NCBI GenBank assembly: GCA_017559305.1
Contig: JAFYSP010000028.1
Location: 2,124-66,123, forward strand
Direction of reading: 5' to 3'
DNA length: 64,000 nt
DNA from: Clostridia bacterium
GTDB lineage: Bacteria; Bacillota; Clostridia; Oscillospirales; Acutalibacteraceae
In this document: positions 45,562-55,216 of the stretch, in pieces
Layout: every line of letters begins with the position of its first letter
Numbering within the stretch: position 1 is the first letter of the stretch
The notes under the pieces: model-generated
Databases searched by the model: none
The model's input: only the letters and a program-made list of their open reading frames with translations
Told to the model about the DNA's origin: nothing
Made by a program: the position numbers and the translations under genes

Positions 45562-46428
45562 TCACTTATGTTCCTTTTTGTATGCTAATGGGGTTTTGCC
45601 TGTTTCTTTTTTGAAGATTCGGCAAAAGTAACTCGATTCGTTAAATCCCACTTGACTTGCAATTTGGGAAATCGAAAGATTTGTAGTGGTCAGCAATCTT
45701 TTTGCTTCGTCAAACTTCTTTGACAGTATATATTTACCAACGCTCATTCCCTTGCTTTCGCTGAACAGGTGTGAAAGATAATACTTGTTGGCATAGCAGG
45801 AGGCGGCAACGTCTTCAAGTGAAATGTTTTCTCTGAAATGTTGGTTAATATAGTTTTCGGCAACCTCTAAAATTTTGTTTGTCGACAGGAGTTTATCGGT
45901 GCTTTCGCGCCTGTTGATAAGGCGGAAAAGGTACATGAGCAGCGTTCTTGCCATATTGCCGCCGACCTCAACGTAAAACCTGTCTTTACGGTCAAATTCG
46001 TTTATCAGCATATCAAAATAGTTCTGAAATGTGGATTCAAGTTCGCCGCTTGGGAAAATGTTGCCATATGCAGGGGGAATCAGCCAGTTTTTTGGAAGAT
46101 CGGTAATCTGAAGTTTATCAAATGCGAGGAATTTCAGTTCGAGCGGGTCTTCAGATGAACTAATCTCAAAGTGTTCGCAACCCGCATTGTAAACAAGGAT
46201 ATCTCCCTTTTTGATATGATTGTGCTTTCCGTCGATAGTGACTTCTCCCATGCCGCCGCTTACAAAAACAATCTCTAAAAAATCGTGGGAATGGTTTTCC
46301 TCTTTGAATTCCGATTGCTTGTTAAGAAAGCCCACGTACAGAAGTTTGGGCTTGAGTTTAAAAGTATAGTGTTTTTCGAGCAGATAATGGTGGCGGTCTT
46401 TGGTGTCGAATCTATGAATAGGCAGCAT
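45562..46428 (-). CDS. AraC family transcriptional regulator (cupin plus HTH), divergent from fucI
   Basis: The C-terminus ...ANKYYLSHLFSESKGMSVGKYILSKKFDEAKRLL...VGFNESSYFCRIFKKETGKTPLAY. Confidence 0.85.
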   Translation of the reverse strand: MLPIHRFDTKDRHHYLLEKHYTFKLKPKLLYVGFLNKQSEFKEENHSHDFLEIVFVSGGMGEVTIDGKHNHIKKGDILVYNAGCEHFEISSSEDPLELKFLAFDKLQITDLPKNWLIPPAYGNIFPSGELESTFQNYFDMLINEFDRKDRFYVEVGGNMARTLLMYLFRLINRRESTDKLLSTNKILEVAENYINQHFRENISLEDVAASCYANKYYLSHLFSESKGMSVGKYILSKKFDEAKRLLTTTNLSISQIASQVGFNESSYFCRIFKKETGKTPLAYKKEHK

Positions 46429-46601
46429 TTCATCACCTCAAAATTAACTAAATAAATTATACTACAATATAGTGCTATTTTCAAGGTCAAAAGACCGATA
46501 ATAGCACAATCTTGCTATTCAAAAAAACAAGTTGCTCCATTGAAAAAATTTTATTATAATTATAAAATTTAAGTGTAATATGTTTTGAAAGGTGTGTTTT
46601 T

Positions 46602-48386
46602 ATGTTATATCCAAGAATCGGAATCAGACCTACTATTGACGGTAGATGGGGAGGAGTCCGCGAGTCGCTCGAAAAACAGACTATGGGAATGGCATCCAAT
46701 GCCGCAAAACTCATTTCTGAAAACCTCAAATATCCCGACGGAACACCCGTGCAGTGTGTTATTGCGTGTACCACCATCGGTTCGGGCGCAGAAGCCGCAA
46801 AGGTTGCAGAGCAGTTTTCTACCGAAAACGTAGTTGCAACCTTGACCGTCACTCCCTGTTGGTGCTACGGTACCGAAACTTTTGATATGGACCCCAACAC
46901 CATTAAAGCGGTCTGGGGATTTAACGGCACAGAACGTCCGGGCGCCGTATATCTTGCTGCGGTACTTGCTGCTCACGCTCAAAGGGGATTACCTGCATTT
47001 TCTATTTATGGCGAAAACGTTCAGGACGCAACGGACACTTGCATTCCTTCCGACGTTGCCGAGAAAATTCTCCGTTTTGCCCGTTCTGCAGTTGCAGTCG
47101 GTTGGATGAAAAACAAGGCATACGTTAATATCGGCGCAATTTCTATGGGTATCGCAGGAAGTTATTGCGATGCCTCGGTTTTGCAGAAATACTTCGGACT
47201 TCGTTCCGAGTGGGTAGACGAGGTTGAAATACTCCGCCGAATTTCCATCGGTATTTATGACGAGGATGAATATAACAAGGCACTCGCCTGGGTTAAGGCA
47301 AACTGTAAAGAGGGATTTGATAAAAACCAAGGCAAGAATTTGCCCAAGGTTATCACAAGTTCAAAGGTAATACCTGCCGATAAGGACTGGGAGTTCATAG
47401 TCAAGATGACTATTATTATGAAGGATATTATCTATGGGAATCCAAAACTTGCCGAACTCGGTTGGCACGAAGAAGCGCTCGGCAGAAACGGTATAGTAGG
47501 CGGATTTCAGGGACAGCGTCAGTGGACGGATTGGCTTCCCAACGCTGACTTCACCGAAGCAATTCTTGCATCTACTTTCGATTGGAACGGCACAAAAGCG
47601 CCTACCGCTTTTGCAACTGAAAACGATACCTGCAACGGTCTTGCAATGCTCATCGGCACACTTCTTACCAATACTGCGCCCTGTTTCCATGACGTCCGCA
47701 CCTATTGGAGCCCCGAGGCATGCGAGAGGGTAACAGGGGTTAAACCCGAAGGCGTTGCAAAGGATGGATTTATTCACCTTATCAATTCGGGTGCAACCGC
47801 ACTTGACGGTAACGGCTCGGCAAAGAACGAAAATGGCGAGGGCTGTATGAAACCTTTCTGGGAAATGACCGAAAGTGACGTTGCCGCATGTCTTGAAAAT
47901 ACCGATTGGTGCAGAGCCGATTATGAATATTTCCGTGGCGGCGGATTCTCAAGCCACTTCCGTTGCACAGCCGAAATGCCTGTCACAATGCTTCGTGTAA
48001 ATATTGTTGAGGGCATAGGTCCCGTTATTCAACTTGCCGAAGGATATACTGCAAACCTTCCCGACAGTATTCATAATACCATTGATAAACGTACCGACCC
48101 CACCTGGCCTACCACTTGGTTCGCGCCGAAACTCACTGGCAAAGGCGCATTCAAGGACGTTTACAGCGTTATGGCTAATTGGGGCGCCAACCACGGCGTA
48201 ACTGTTTACGGTCACGTCGGCGCAGATATTATCACTTTGGCTTCAATGCTCCGTATCCCCGTTAATATGCATAACGTCAGCGAGGATAAGATTTACAGAC
48301 CTCACTCCTGGGCGGCATTCGGTACCGAAAATGCGGAAGCCGCAGACTATGCCGCTTGCAAGCAGTACGGTCCGCTTTATAAATGA
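46602..48386 (+). CDS. fucI: L-fucose isomerase
   Basis: 594 aa. [21 protein letters not shown]... and collinear FucI features throughout, including the ...NWGANHGV... tail. Confidence 0.88.
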   Translation: MLYPRIGIRPTIDGRWGGVRESLEKQTMGMASNAAKLISENLKYPDGTPVQCVIACTTIGSGAEAAKVAEQFSTENVVATLTVTPCWCYGTETFDMDPNTIKAVWGFNGTERPGAVYLAAVLAAHAQRGLPAFSIYGENVQDATDTCIPSDVAEKILRFARSAVAVGWMKNKAYVNIGAISMGIAGSYCDASVLQKYFGLRSEWVDEVEILRRISIGIYDEDEYNKALAWVKANCKEGFDKNQGKNLPKVITSSKVIPADKDWEFIVKMTIIMKDIIYGNPKLAELGWHEEALGRNGIVGGFQGQRQWTDWLPNADFTEAILASTFDWNGTKAPTAFATENDTCNGLAMLIGTLLTNTAPCFHDVRTYWSPEACERVTGVKPEGVAKDGFIHLINSGATALDGNGSAKNENGEGCMKPFWEMTESDVAACLENTDWCRADYEYFRGGGFSSHFRCTAEMPVTMLRVNIVEGIGPVIQLAEGYTANLPDSIHNTIDKRTDPTWPTTWFAPKLTGKGAFKDVYSVMANWGANHGVTVYGHVGADIITLASMLRIPVNMHNVSEDKIYRPHSWAAFGTENAEAADYAACKQYGPLYK

Positions 48387-48396
48387 GGTGACGTGA

Positions 48397-48825
48397 ATGC
48401 TTAAAAATATATCACCATTACTCACTCCCGATTTACTCAAAACTCTTTGCGAAATGGGTCACGGAGACGAAATAGTAATAGCAGACGGAAATTTCCCCGC
48501 CCACAGTGTAAACGGCAGAGTTATCCGATGCGACGGACTAGGCGGCGCCGGAATGCTCGAAGCGATTTTGTCGGTAATCCCACTTGACACCTATGCAGAG
48601 CCAAATGCGATGCTGATGGAGGTCGTAAAAGGGGACGAGGCAGAAACGCCCATTTGGGACGAATATGCCGAAATATTCCGTGTTGCCGAGGGTGATAACG
48701 TAAAACTCGGTACCATAGAGCGCTTCGCGTTTTACGAGAGAGCCAAAACCGCCTATGCGGTAGTAGCCACAAGCGAATCGGCACTCTATGCAAACCTTAT
48801 CATCAAAAAAGGCGTTATTAAATAA
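48397..48825 (+). CDS. fucU: L-fucose mutarotase (RbsD/FucU family)
   Basis: LKNISPLLTPDLLKTLCEMGHGDEIVIADGNFP... Confidence 0.85.
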   Translation: MLKNISPLLTPDLLKTLCEMGHGDEIVIADGNFPAHSVNGRVIRCDGLGGAGMLEAILSVIPLDTYAEPNAMLMEVVKGDEAETPIWDEYAEIFRVAEGDNVKLGTIERFAFYERAKTAYAVVATSESALYANLIIKKGVIK

Positions 48826-48884
48826 AAAACCGATTTTGTAATTATGAGCCGTTATAAAACGGCGTGGTATCTTATGGCAACAAT

Positions 48885-48912
48885 AAAAAGGAGGGCGTCG
48901 CCCTCCTTTTTT
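48885..48912. terminator. Bidirectional terminator
   Basis: AAAAAGGAGGGC-GTC-GCCCTCCTTTTTT. Confidence 0.7.
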
Positions 48913-48920
48913 GCATCATA

Positions 48921-50129
48921 TTAAATTTTGATCAGTGCGCCTTCGCCGGCGGGAAGGTTGAACTTTAATTCTTTGCCGACCTTCTTGAATTTGCCCTTTT
49001 CGAATACCGAAATATCACTTTCAGCATACAGAGTAAATTCTCTTGGGTTTTCAAAATCTCGGTTTACGAAATATGCGCTGCCGTCATCGAAAAATCCGAT
49101 AACACCGCAGTCGCCTTCGATTTTTTGGATTCCGCCGAATCCTTGGAAGAGGGTGGCGCCCTTTTCTTTTAGGTCGGTATGGAAAATGGCGGTTGATTTT
49201 TTATCAAAGAGATATTCGCCGATAGGCATAATGACCTTGTTGATGTGCTGTGCATCAAAATAATGCTGACATTTTGTTCCGTCTCGGTTGCACATGGCAT
49301 TTTTAGGACGCCAAAAATCAGTCCATATAGCATTCCAATATGTAAAATATGAAATTCTCTTAAATCCGTATGCGAGGCACATATTTACCTCCCAGAAAAG
49401 CTCTGCTCTCGTGAGGTTTCTGTATGGCCCGTGCTCTTTGAGCAGAACTATGAGCATTTGGTCGAGTCCAGAGGCGATACCCTTATCTCTTATCGCATTT
49501 GCATTCTCAAAAAAGCCCTCTCGGTCTGCTTCCTTGTGCGCATTTTCACGGATAAGAATATCTCTCCTTGAAAGACCGCTGTTATCTTCCTCTACGGTTG
49601 CCGATTCTCTGCCCATAAAGTGATAGTGGTCGTAACTTATGAAATCGGGTTTTACAATGCGGACGAACTCGTCTAAATGCTCGGTGTAATTTTTTGCGCC
49701 GAGTTGTTCGGGCATGGCATAGTTGGGGAAAAGGTTTATAACAGTTTCCTTGTCGGGCGAGTATTTGCGAAACGCCTCAACAATCTTGCCTAAAATATCA
49801 AAATCCTTGTTGTTTGGCTCGTCGTATATGTCCCATCCGTTTATATTGTCAAATTCGGCGTACTCATCAACCACCGCCTTTACAGTGGCGTCGACATTCT
49901 CAATATCGTTTTCTCTGACAAGCTTTGGAATTCTTTGGTCGCAAAGTGTTGCCCTCATTCCGTATTTTTTAAGAAGGGGCAAAACCTTTTTGGTTGCCTC
50001 GGGGCTACACTTGGTTTCGGCAAGCGTAATGCCCGAAGCCGCCATATCGGCCACAGTTTCCTCTTTTACAAAATATTCATCGTCGGGACCGTAAAAATAA
50101 GTTATTTCAAATTTTTTCATGGTTTTCAC
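48921..50129 (-). CDS. Hypothetical protein, possibly a TIM-barrel (clan GH-A-like) glycoside hydrolase
   Basis: It lies in an operon-like array with GH3 and GH43. WDIYDEPN resembles the acid/base NEP context of GH-A enzymes. I cannot assign a family. Confidence 0.4.
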   Translation of the reverse strand: MKTMKKFEITYFYGPDDEYFVKEETVADMAASGITLAETKCSPEATKKVLPLLKKYGMRATLCDQRIPKLVRENDIENVDATVKAVVDEYAEFDNINGWDIYDEPNNKDFDILGKIVEAFRKYSPDKETVINLFPNYAMPEQLGAKNYTEHLDEFVRIVKPDFISYDHYHFMGRESATVEEDNSGLSRRDILIRENAHKEADREGFFENANAIRDKGIASGLDQMLIVLLKEHGPYRNLTRAELFWEVNMCLAYGFKRISYFTYWNAIWTDFWRPKNAMCNRDGTKCQHYFDAQHINKVIMPIGEYLFDKKSTAIFHTDLKEKGATLFQGFGGIQKIEGDCGVIGFFDDGSAYFVNRDFENPREFTLYAESDISVFEKGKFKKVGKELKFNLPAGEGALIKI

Positions 50130-52139
50130 CTATCCTATCATGCTCTCTCCGTATTGAGTCATTGTATAGTCGGAATTACCTTTAACGTTAAGAGTTGCAT
50201 TAAGGCGGATATCCTGTGAGGAAGAACCTACCAGGAATTCATAATTTCCGTGCTCGGTTATCCATTCTCTCATCATAGGATTATAGAATGCGAGGTCTAA
50301 AAGGGGAATGTTAATTTCAACCTTCTTGCTCTCGCCTTTTTTGAGGAATATCTTTTCGAATGCCTTAAGTTCTTTTACAGGTCTGTAGACTGTGCAAACG
50401 GGGTCGCTGACGTATACTTGAGCAACCTCTGCGCCGTCACAGTCGCCAATGTTTGTAAGTGTAAATGAAAGGGCAATCTCGTCGCCTTTTTGTTCTGCCT
50501 TGAGGTCAGAGTGTTCAAAACTTGTGTATGAAAGTCCGTGACCGAAGGGGTAAAGAATTTCATCGGGGTGCTTGTCGTAGTATCTGTAACCGACGTCCAT
50601 ACCCTCTTTGTATTGAAGTGTAACGCCGTTTCCGGGGTAATCGAGGTCTTTTCTCATTTCCTTGGGGAAGGTTTCGGGGAGTTTGCCCGAGGGGTTAACC
50701 TTACCTGTAAGCACTTCGGCAATAGCAGTACCTGCACCTTCGCCGCCGAGCCACATTTCAACGATGGCATCAACCTTATCCTTCCAAGGACCGAGAAGCA
50801 TTGCGCTACCCGACTGAATAACGACGACTACACGTTTGCCGATTCTCTTTGCGTAATCAATAAACATACCGTAGTTAGCATTGAAATGAGCATCTCTTCG
50901 GTCGTTGTACTCGGTGTCTTCCGACTCCATAGCGCCGATAAACATAACTACAACGTCTTTTTGAGTATTCATATGCCAGAATTCGCCAAAGAGGGGCCAG
51001 AGCATTGTGGAAGAAAATGCGCCCTTCTTGTAGAACTCTTTGTATTCGATTTCGGTTTCGGGGAGAAGTTCGCGAAGTTTAGCAAGAGGACTGTCGATAT
51101 ATGCGGGGTCAACGTTGACCTCTGCGCTGCCCTGACCGCAAACAAGAGGACTGTCTGCAAATTCGCCGACGACACCGATTGTTTTGTATTTATCGCTTGT
51201 AAGAGGAAGAATGTTTCCTTCATTTTTAAGAAGAACAACGCCACCCGATGCCACCTTTGCGGCAAGTTTGTGCTGTTCATTTCTATCATAGGGGAGTTTT
51301 TCGGGCTTTGCTCTGTTTACAAAGTTTATAACTCTTTCTACTGCATCGTCGATGTCTTCCATAGAAAGCTCACCATTTTCAACACCCTTAACAATATCCT
51401 CAACCATACCGCCGTGGTGAGGCATACGAAGGTCTGTGCCGCCCTTTACTGCCTTGCAGGAATCGTGAACTGCGCCCCAGTCGGAGATAACGAATCCGTC
51501 ATAACCCCATTCTTTTTTAAGAACTTCTTTAAGAAGCCAGGTGTTTTCGGAGCACCAACGAGAGAAAATCTTGTTGTAAGCGCACATAACACTTGTGGGC
51601 TTTGCCTTCTTGACAGCGATTTCAAAACCTTTAAGATAAATCTCGCGGATTGTTCTCTCGTCTGCCTCAACGCTGACGTATTCTCTGAAGGTTTCCTGAT
51701 TGTTCATGGCAAAGTGTTTAAGACTTGTGCCGACACCGAGGTCCTGCATACCGTTTATGTAAGCGGCACCGAGTTCACCTGCAAGAATGGGATCTTCTGC
51801 AAGGTACTCAAAGTTTCTGCCGCAAAGAATGTGTCTTTTTATATTGATACCGGGAGCAAGAAGCATCTGAATATTGTGCTCAAGACAGTCCTTTGCAAGA
51901 CCGTTTCCAAGTTCATATACAAGTTCCTTATCCCAAGTAGCGCCAACGTTACAAAGGTTAGGGAACATTGTGCAGTTTGATCCCGGAACCTCTATACGTA
52001 CTCCGTGAGGGCCGTCAGAAAAATTCCATGGCTCAAGACCAAGACGCTCTAAAGTATATGTTTCCATATTACCGCCGCCGGTGAGGAAATGTGCCTTTTC
52101 TTCCAATGTCATCTGTTTAACGATTTCTTTTGTTGTCAT
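50130..52139 (-). CDS. Glycoside hydrolase family 3 (beta-glucosidase type)
   Basis: 669 aa. LTLEEKAHFLTG..., KHFAMNNQE, GFVISDWGAV (nucleophile context). Confidence 0.88.
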   Translation of the reverse strand: MTTKEIVKQMTLEEKAHFLTGGGNMETYTLERLGLEPWNFSDGPHGVRIEVPGSNCTMFPNLCNVGATWDKELVYELGNGLAKDCLEHNIQMLLAPGINIKRHILCGRNFEYLAEDPILAGELGAAYINGMQDLGVGTSLKHFAMNNQETFREYVSVEADERTIREIYLKGFEIAVKKAKPTSVMCAYNKIFSRWCSENTWLLKEVLKKEWGYDGFVISDWGAVHDSCKAVKGGTDLRMPHHGGMVEDIVKGVENGELSMEDIDDAVERVINFVNRAKPEKLPYDRNEQHKLAAKVASGGVVLLKNEGNILPLTSDKYKTIGVVGEFADSPLVCGQGSAEVNVDPAYIDSPLAKLRELLPETEIEYKEFYKKGAFSSTMLWPLFGEFWHMNTQKDVVVMFIGAMESEDTEYNDRRDAHFNANYGMFIDYAKRIGKRVVVVIQSGSAMLLGPWKDKVDAIVEMWLGGEGAGTAIAEVLTGKVNPSGKLPETFPKEMRKDLDYPGNGVTLQYKEGMDVGYRYYDKHPDEILYPFGHGLSYTSFEHSDLKAEQKGDEIALSFTLTNIGDCDGAEVAQVYVSDPVCTVYRPVKELKAFEKIFLKKGESKKVEINIPLLDLAFYNPMMREWITEHGNYEFLVGSSSQDIRLNATLNVKGNSDYTMTQYGESMIG

Positions 52140-52165
52140 GTTATTCTCCTTATAAATCGTATTGA

Positions 52166-53023
52166 TTATTGCTTGTCAAAAACTTCTTCACTCGAAAAAT
52201 CAAGCAAAACAGGTCGCTCTGCACCTGCAGGGGAGTTGGGTCTGTGAAGAACTATTTTCTCATTTCCCTCAAGGTCGCAAAATACCATTCCGTGACCGCC
52301 GTCTTTTTTGAAAATGAGGTTATCTGAAATTTTCCAATTTCCCGTAATCTTTCCGTTGTCCGAGAAGGAAACGGCTTGAACGTAGTCGGAAACTCCCGGT
52401 TCGTTTTCGGAAAAGCTTGACCAAATGATGCCAAGCTCATCCCCCGATTTTATTACAAAAGGTCCGTCGGTAACGTAACCCTCGGCTCCCGGAGGATATG
52501 CCACCCAGGAAGCCTCACTTGCTCTCCAAAGGGTGAAGGGGTTGCCTACCGTACCGCTTAAATCTTCCGTTAACCTTACCGCCTCGACCGTGCCGTCTTT
52601 GATCTGGGTCCATTCGTGGCAGAAAATCATATAAGGAATGCCATCTTCAAGGTAGAAAGTTCCGTCAAGACACATCCAATCTCTTGGTGTTTGAGGATTT
52701 GCACTTATCGGCGAAAAAGGGCCTTTTGGAGACTCGGATTTGAGTATTTGTGTGCCTCGCATACTGCCATCTTTCATAAAACTTGCAAACATATAATAAG
52801 CGCCTTTATATTTGTGCACCTCGGGAGCCCAGAAATCCTTGTCTGCCCAAAAGTCATTCGGAGCGCAAAAAGCCATTGTGGGACCTTCCCATTCCTCGAG
52901 GTCACGGCTTACGTAAACGGGGAAACCTTTTGATGCACCCCAATTACGAGTGCCATACATATAATACGTTCCACCATCCACCAAAACGAATGGGTCACGG
53001 ATGTTTATTTCGTTTAGTTTCAT
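52166..53023 (-). CDS. Glycoside hydrolase family 43 (beta-xylosidase / alpha-L-arabinofuranosidase type)
   Basis: IRDPFVLVDGGTYYMYGT... and FWAPEVHKYKGAYYMF are five-bladed propeller signature regions. Confidence 0.85.
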   Translation of the reverse strand: MKLNEINIRDPFVLVDGGTYYMYGTRNWGASKGFPVYVSRDLEEWEGPTMAFCAPNDFWADKDFWAPEVHKYKGAYYMFASFMKDGSMRGTQILKSESPKGPFSPISANPQTPRDWMCLDGTFYLEDGIPYMIFCHEWTQIKDGTVEAVRLTEDLSGTVGNPFTLWRASEASWVAYPPGAEGYVTDGPFVIKSGDELGIIWSSFSENEPGVSDYVQAVSFSDNGKITGNWKISDNLIFKKDGGHGMVFCDLEGNEKIVLHRPNSPAGAERPVLLDFSSEEVFDKQ

Positions 53024-53342
53024 ATAGTCATCTCCCGACCGATCTTTAATAAGATAATAACAAATTTAAGTCATATTTGCAACCGCTAAAACTTTAAAAT
53101 CAAGCCAAACAAGGCAAAAAAATATTGAAAAATTCCATATTTAATGATATGATTAAAGTGCTATGAATCAGCGATTAAAATAAGAATAAACTAATTCAAC
53201 CTATATATCGTAGGAAGCAAATGTCATTTTTAGAGTTTTGGAGTCAGGTAACGGCTAATCCTCTGCTCGCCCTTGCGGTAGTGCTTACGATGGCGTTATC
53301 CTTGTAAACGGATGGACCGATGCGCCAAACGCCATCGCCACG
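52744..53342. repeat. Direct duplication, copy 1 (5' part of intact GH43, intergenic region, first ~120 nt of pit)
   Basis: Aligns with 53805-54254 at an offset of 911-912 bp. The intergenic part differs at only 4 positions. Confidence 0.85.
53221..53342 (+). pseudogene. pit 5' fragment (frameshifted and truncated)
   Basis: MSFLEFWSQVTANPLLALAVVLTM, then a 1-nt deletion (GATGGCG against GATGGGCG in the intact gene). The last ~25 nt differ from the intact gene only at synonymous third positions. Confidence 0.8.
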
Positions 53343-53343
53343 A

Positions 53344-53496
53344 GTAAGTTTGCATTATGCACATGATTATAGTTCATCAATGAATGTTTCTTACTCTATA
53401 AATATAGGGGCGTATGGATCAATTTCTATAAGCGGAAATGTAGATAAGATTAATCAAATGGCAGATAATTTTCAGGTGCCAGGATTATTGTCATAG
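53344..53496 (+). other. Orphan ORF remnant (reading ...HYAHDYSSSMNVSYSINIGAYGSISISGNVDKINQMADNFQVPGLLS*), possibly the 3' end of a displaced gene
   Basis: The open frame runs into the junction at 53343. An internal ATG at 53380 would give a 38-aa peptide. No family recognised. Confidence 0.3.
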
Positions 53497-53513
53497 AAAG
53501 TGAGAGATCGGTT

Positions 53514-53693
53514 GTGAAAATTCAAAGTCAAAAAATAATGTTGTTGGGTATTTTTATATTGTTGTTGGGAATATACACAAGAGTTATGCGGGTTGGTTAT
53601 ATGTCCACATGGTTTACTGAAATTGTAGAGCTGGGAAGTCTTGTGATTTCAATACCTATGGTTTTGTATGGTTTTTCCAAAAAAGACAAGTAA
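53514..53693 (+). CDS. Small two-TM membrane protein (59 aa from the GTG, 51 aa from the ATG at 53538)
   Basis: MLLGIFILLLGIYTRVMRVGYMSTWFTEIVELGSLVISIPMVLYGFSKKDK*. A strong hairpin follows. The ORF is below the 60-aa track cut-off. Confidence 0.4.
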   Translation: MKIQSQKIMLLGIFILLLGIYTRVMRVGYMSTWFTEIVELGSLVISIPMVLYGFSKKDK

Positions 53694-53746
53694 GTCCATA
53701 CACTTTATAAAACATCACTCTGCATGTTTGATACAGAATATCACTG

Positions 53747-53797
53747 AAAAACACCACCCGAAGAAGAGGCAGAAACCTCTCTTCTTCGGGTGGTTTG
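53747..53797. terminator. Long hairpin terminator (about 17 bp stem)
   Basis: ACCACCCGAAGAAGAGG-CAGAAA-CCTCTCTTCTTCGGGTGGT. Confidence 0.6.
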
Positions 53798-53804
53798 CTT
53801 TAAT

Positions 53805-53934
53805 TATTTGAGTGCCTCGCTTGCGGCTTTCACTCTTAAAACTTGCAAACATAATCAAGAGTGCCATACATATAATACGTTCCGCCATCCACCAAAACGA
53901 ATGGGTCACGGATGTTTATTTCGTTTAGTTTCAT
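53805..53934 (-). pseudogene. GH43 5' fragment (degenerate duplicate)
   Basis: The reverse complement begins ATGAAACTAAACGAAATAAACATCCGTGACCCATTCGTTTTGGTGGATGG, as in the intact gene. It is then deleted and diverged. Confidence 0.75.
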
Positions 53935-54254
53935 ATAGTCATCTCCCGACCGATATTTAATAAGATAATAACAAATTTAAGTTATATTTGCAACCGCTAA
54001 AACTTTAAAATCAAGCCAAACAAGGTAAAAAAATATTGAAAAATTCCATATTTAATGATATGATTAAAGTGCTATGAATCAGCGATTAAAATAAGAATAA
54101 ACTAATTCAACCTATATATCGGAGGAAGCAAATGTCATTTTTAGAGTTTTGGAGTCAGGTAACGGCTAATCCTCTGCTCGCCCTTGCGGTAGTGCTTACG
54201 ATGGGCGTTATCCTTGTAAACGGATGGACCGATGCACCTAATGCTATAGCTACC
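53805..54254. repeat. Direct duplication, copy 2 (degenerate GH43 5' fragment, intergenic region, start of the intact pit gene)
   Basis: See copy 1. The GH43 part carries an internal deletion of about 150 bp and several substitutions. Confidence 0.85.
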
Positions 54255-55190
54255 TGTGTTGTTACAAGGTGTATGTCTGCCAGAGCGGCAATATTTATGG
54301 CGGCAGTATTTAATTTTCTCGGCGTTTTCATTATGAGTCTTGTAAACGCCTCGGTTGCCGAAACTATTACTAAAATGGTTGATTTTGGTACCGACCCTAA
54401 GGAAGCAATCGTGGCTTTGTCTGCGGCGCTTTTTGCAATAGTCGTGTGGGCAACGGTCGCTTGGGTATTCGGAATACCAACGAGTGAATCCCACGCTCTT
54501 ATAGCAGGTCTTACCGGCTCTGCCATAGCGCTTCACGGAAATTTCGGTGCTGTAAACGGTGATGAATGGGTAAAGGTGTTTTACGGACTTGTAATTTCAG
54601 TTGTAGTCGGCTTCGGCCTTGGTTGGATTTCCTGCAAGTTTGTTGAACTCGTTTTTGCAAAAGCAGACAGACGCAAAACCGAAGGATTTTTCAAGGGTGC
54701 TCAGATAGTCGGCGCCGCATCAATGGCGTTTATGCACGGCGCTCAGGACGGTCAGAAGTTTATGGGCGTTATAATCCTTAGTACATATCTTATTAAGGGA
54801 CAAGACCCATCGGGCATGAGCGGAATTGATACAGGGAGTCTTATCTGGCTTATGCTTATATGCTCTGTCATTATGGGACTTGGCACCATGTTCGGCGGCA
54901 AGAAGATTATTAAATCTGTCGGTATGGATATGGTAAAACTTGAGAAATATCAGGGATTTGCGGCAGATATCGCAGGATCCATAACCCTTTTCCTTAGTTC
55001 TAATTTCGGAATTCCGATGTCCACAACCCATGCAAAAACCACAGCCATTATGGGTGTCGGCGCAGTAAGAAGACTGTCTGCTATCAATATGGGAGTTGTC
55101 AAAGAAATGGGTCTTACATGGATTCTCACTTTCCCCGGATGCGGACTTATCGGATTTATAATGACAAAACTTTTTATGTGGATATTCTAA
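54132..55190 (+). CDS. pit: Inorganic phosphate transporter, PiT family
   Basis: VNGWTDAPNAIAT and GIPTSESHALIAG / GIPMSTTHAKTTAIMG are the duplicated PiT signature. Confidence 0.9.
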   Translation: MSFLEFWSQVTANPLLALAVVLTMGVILVNGWTDAPNAIATCVVTRCMSARAAIFMAAVFNFLGVFIMSLVNASVAETITKMVDFGTDPKEAIVALSAALFAIVVWATVAWVFGIPTSESHALIAGLTGSAIALHGNFGAVNGDEWVKVFYGLVISVVVGFGLGWISCKFVELVFAKADRRKTEGFFKGAQIVGAASMAFMHGAQDGQKFMGVIILSTYLIKGQDPSGMSGIDTGSLIWLMLICSVIMGLGTMFGGKKIIKSVGMDMVKLEKYQGFAADIAGSITLFLSSNFGIPMSTTHAKTTAIMGVGAVRRLSAINMGVVKEMGLTWILTFPGCGLIGFIMTKLFMWIF

Positions 55191-55216
55191 CCACCAAGTT
55201 TTAGGAGGATATATAA

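Noticed and set aside
50538-51980. 480-aa plus-strand ORF
   Set aside because: It is entirely antisense to the strongly recognisable GH3 gene (50130-52139). It is Phe/Val/Cys-rich with no recognisable motif or RBS. This is a typical shadow ORF.
53715-53909. 64-aa minus-strand ORF
   Set aside because: It is composed of the degenerate GH43 fragment read through the terminator hairpin. This is a by-product of the duplication, not an independent gene.
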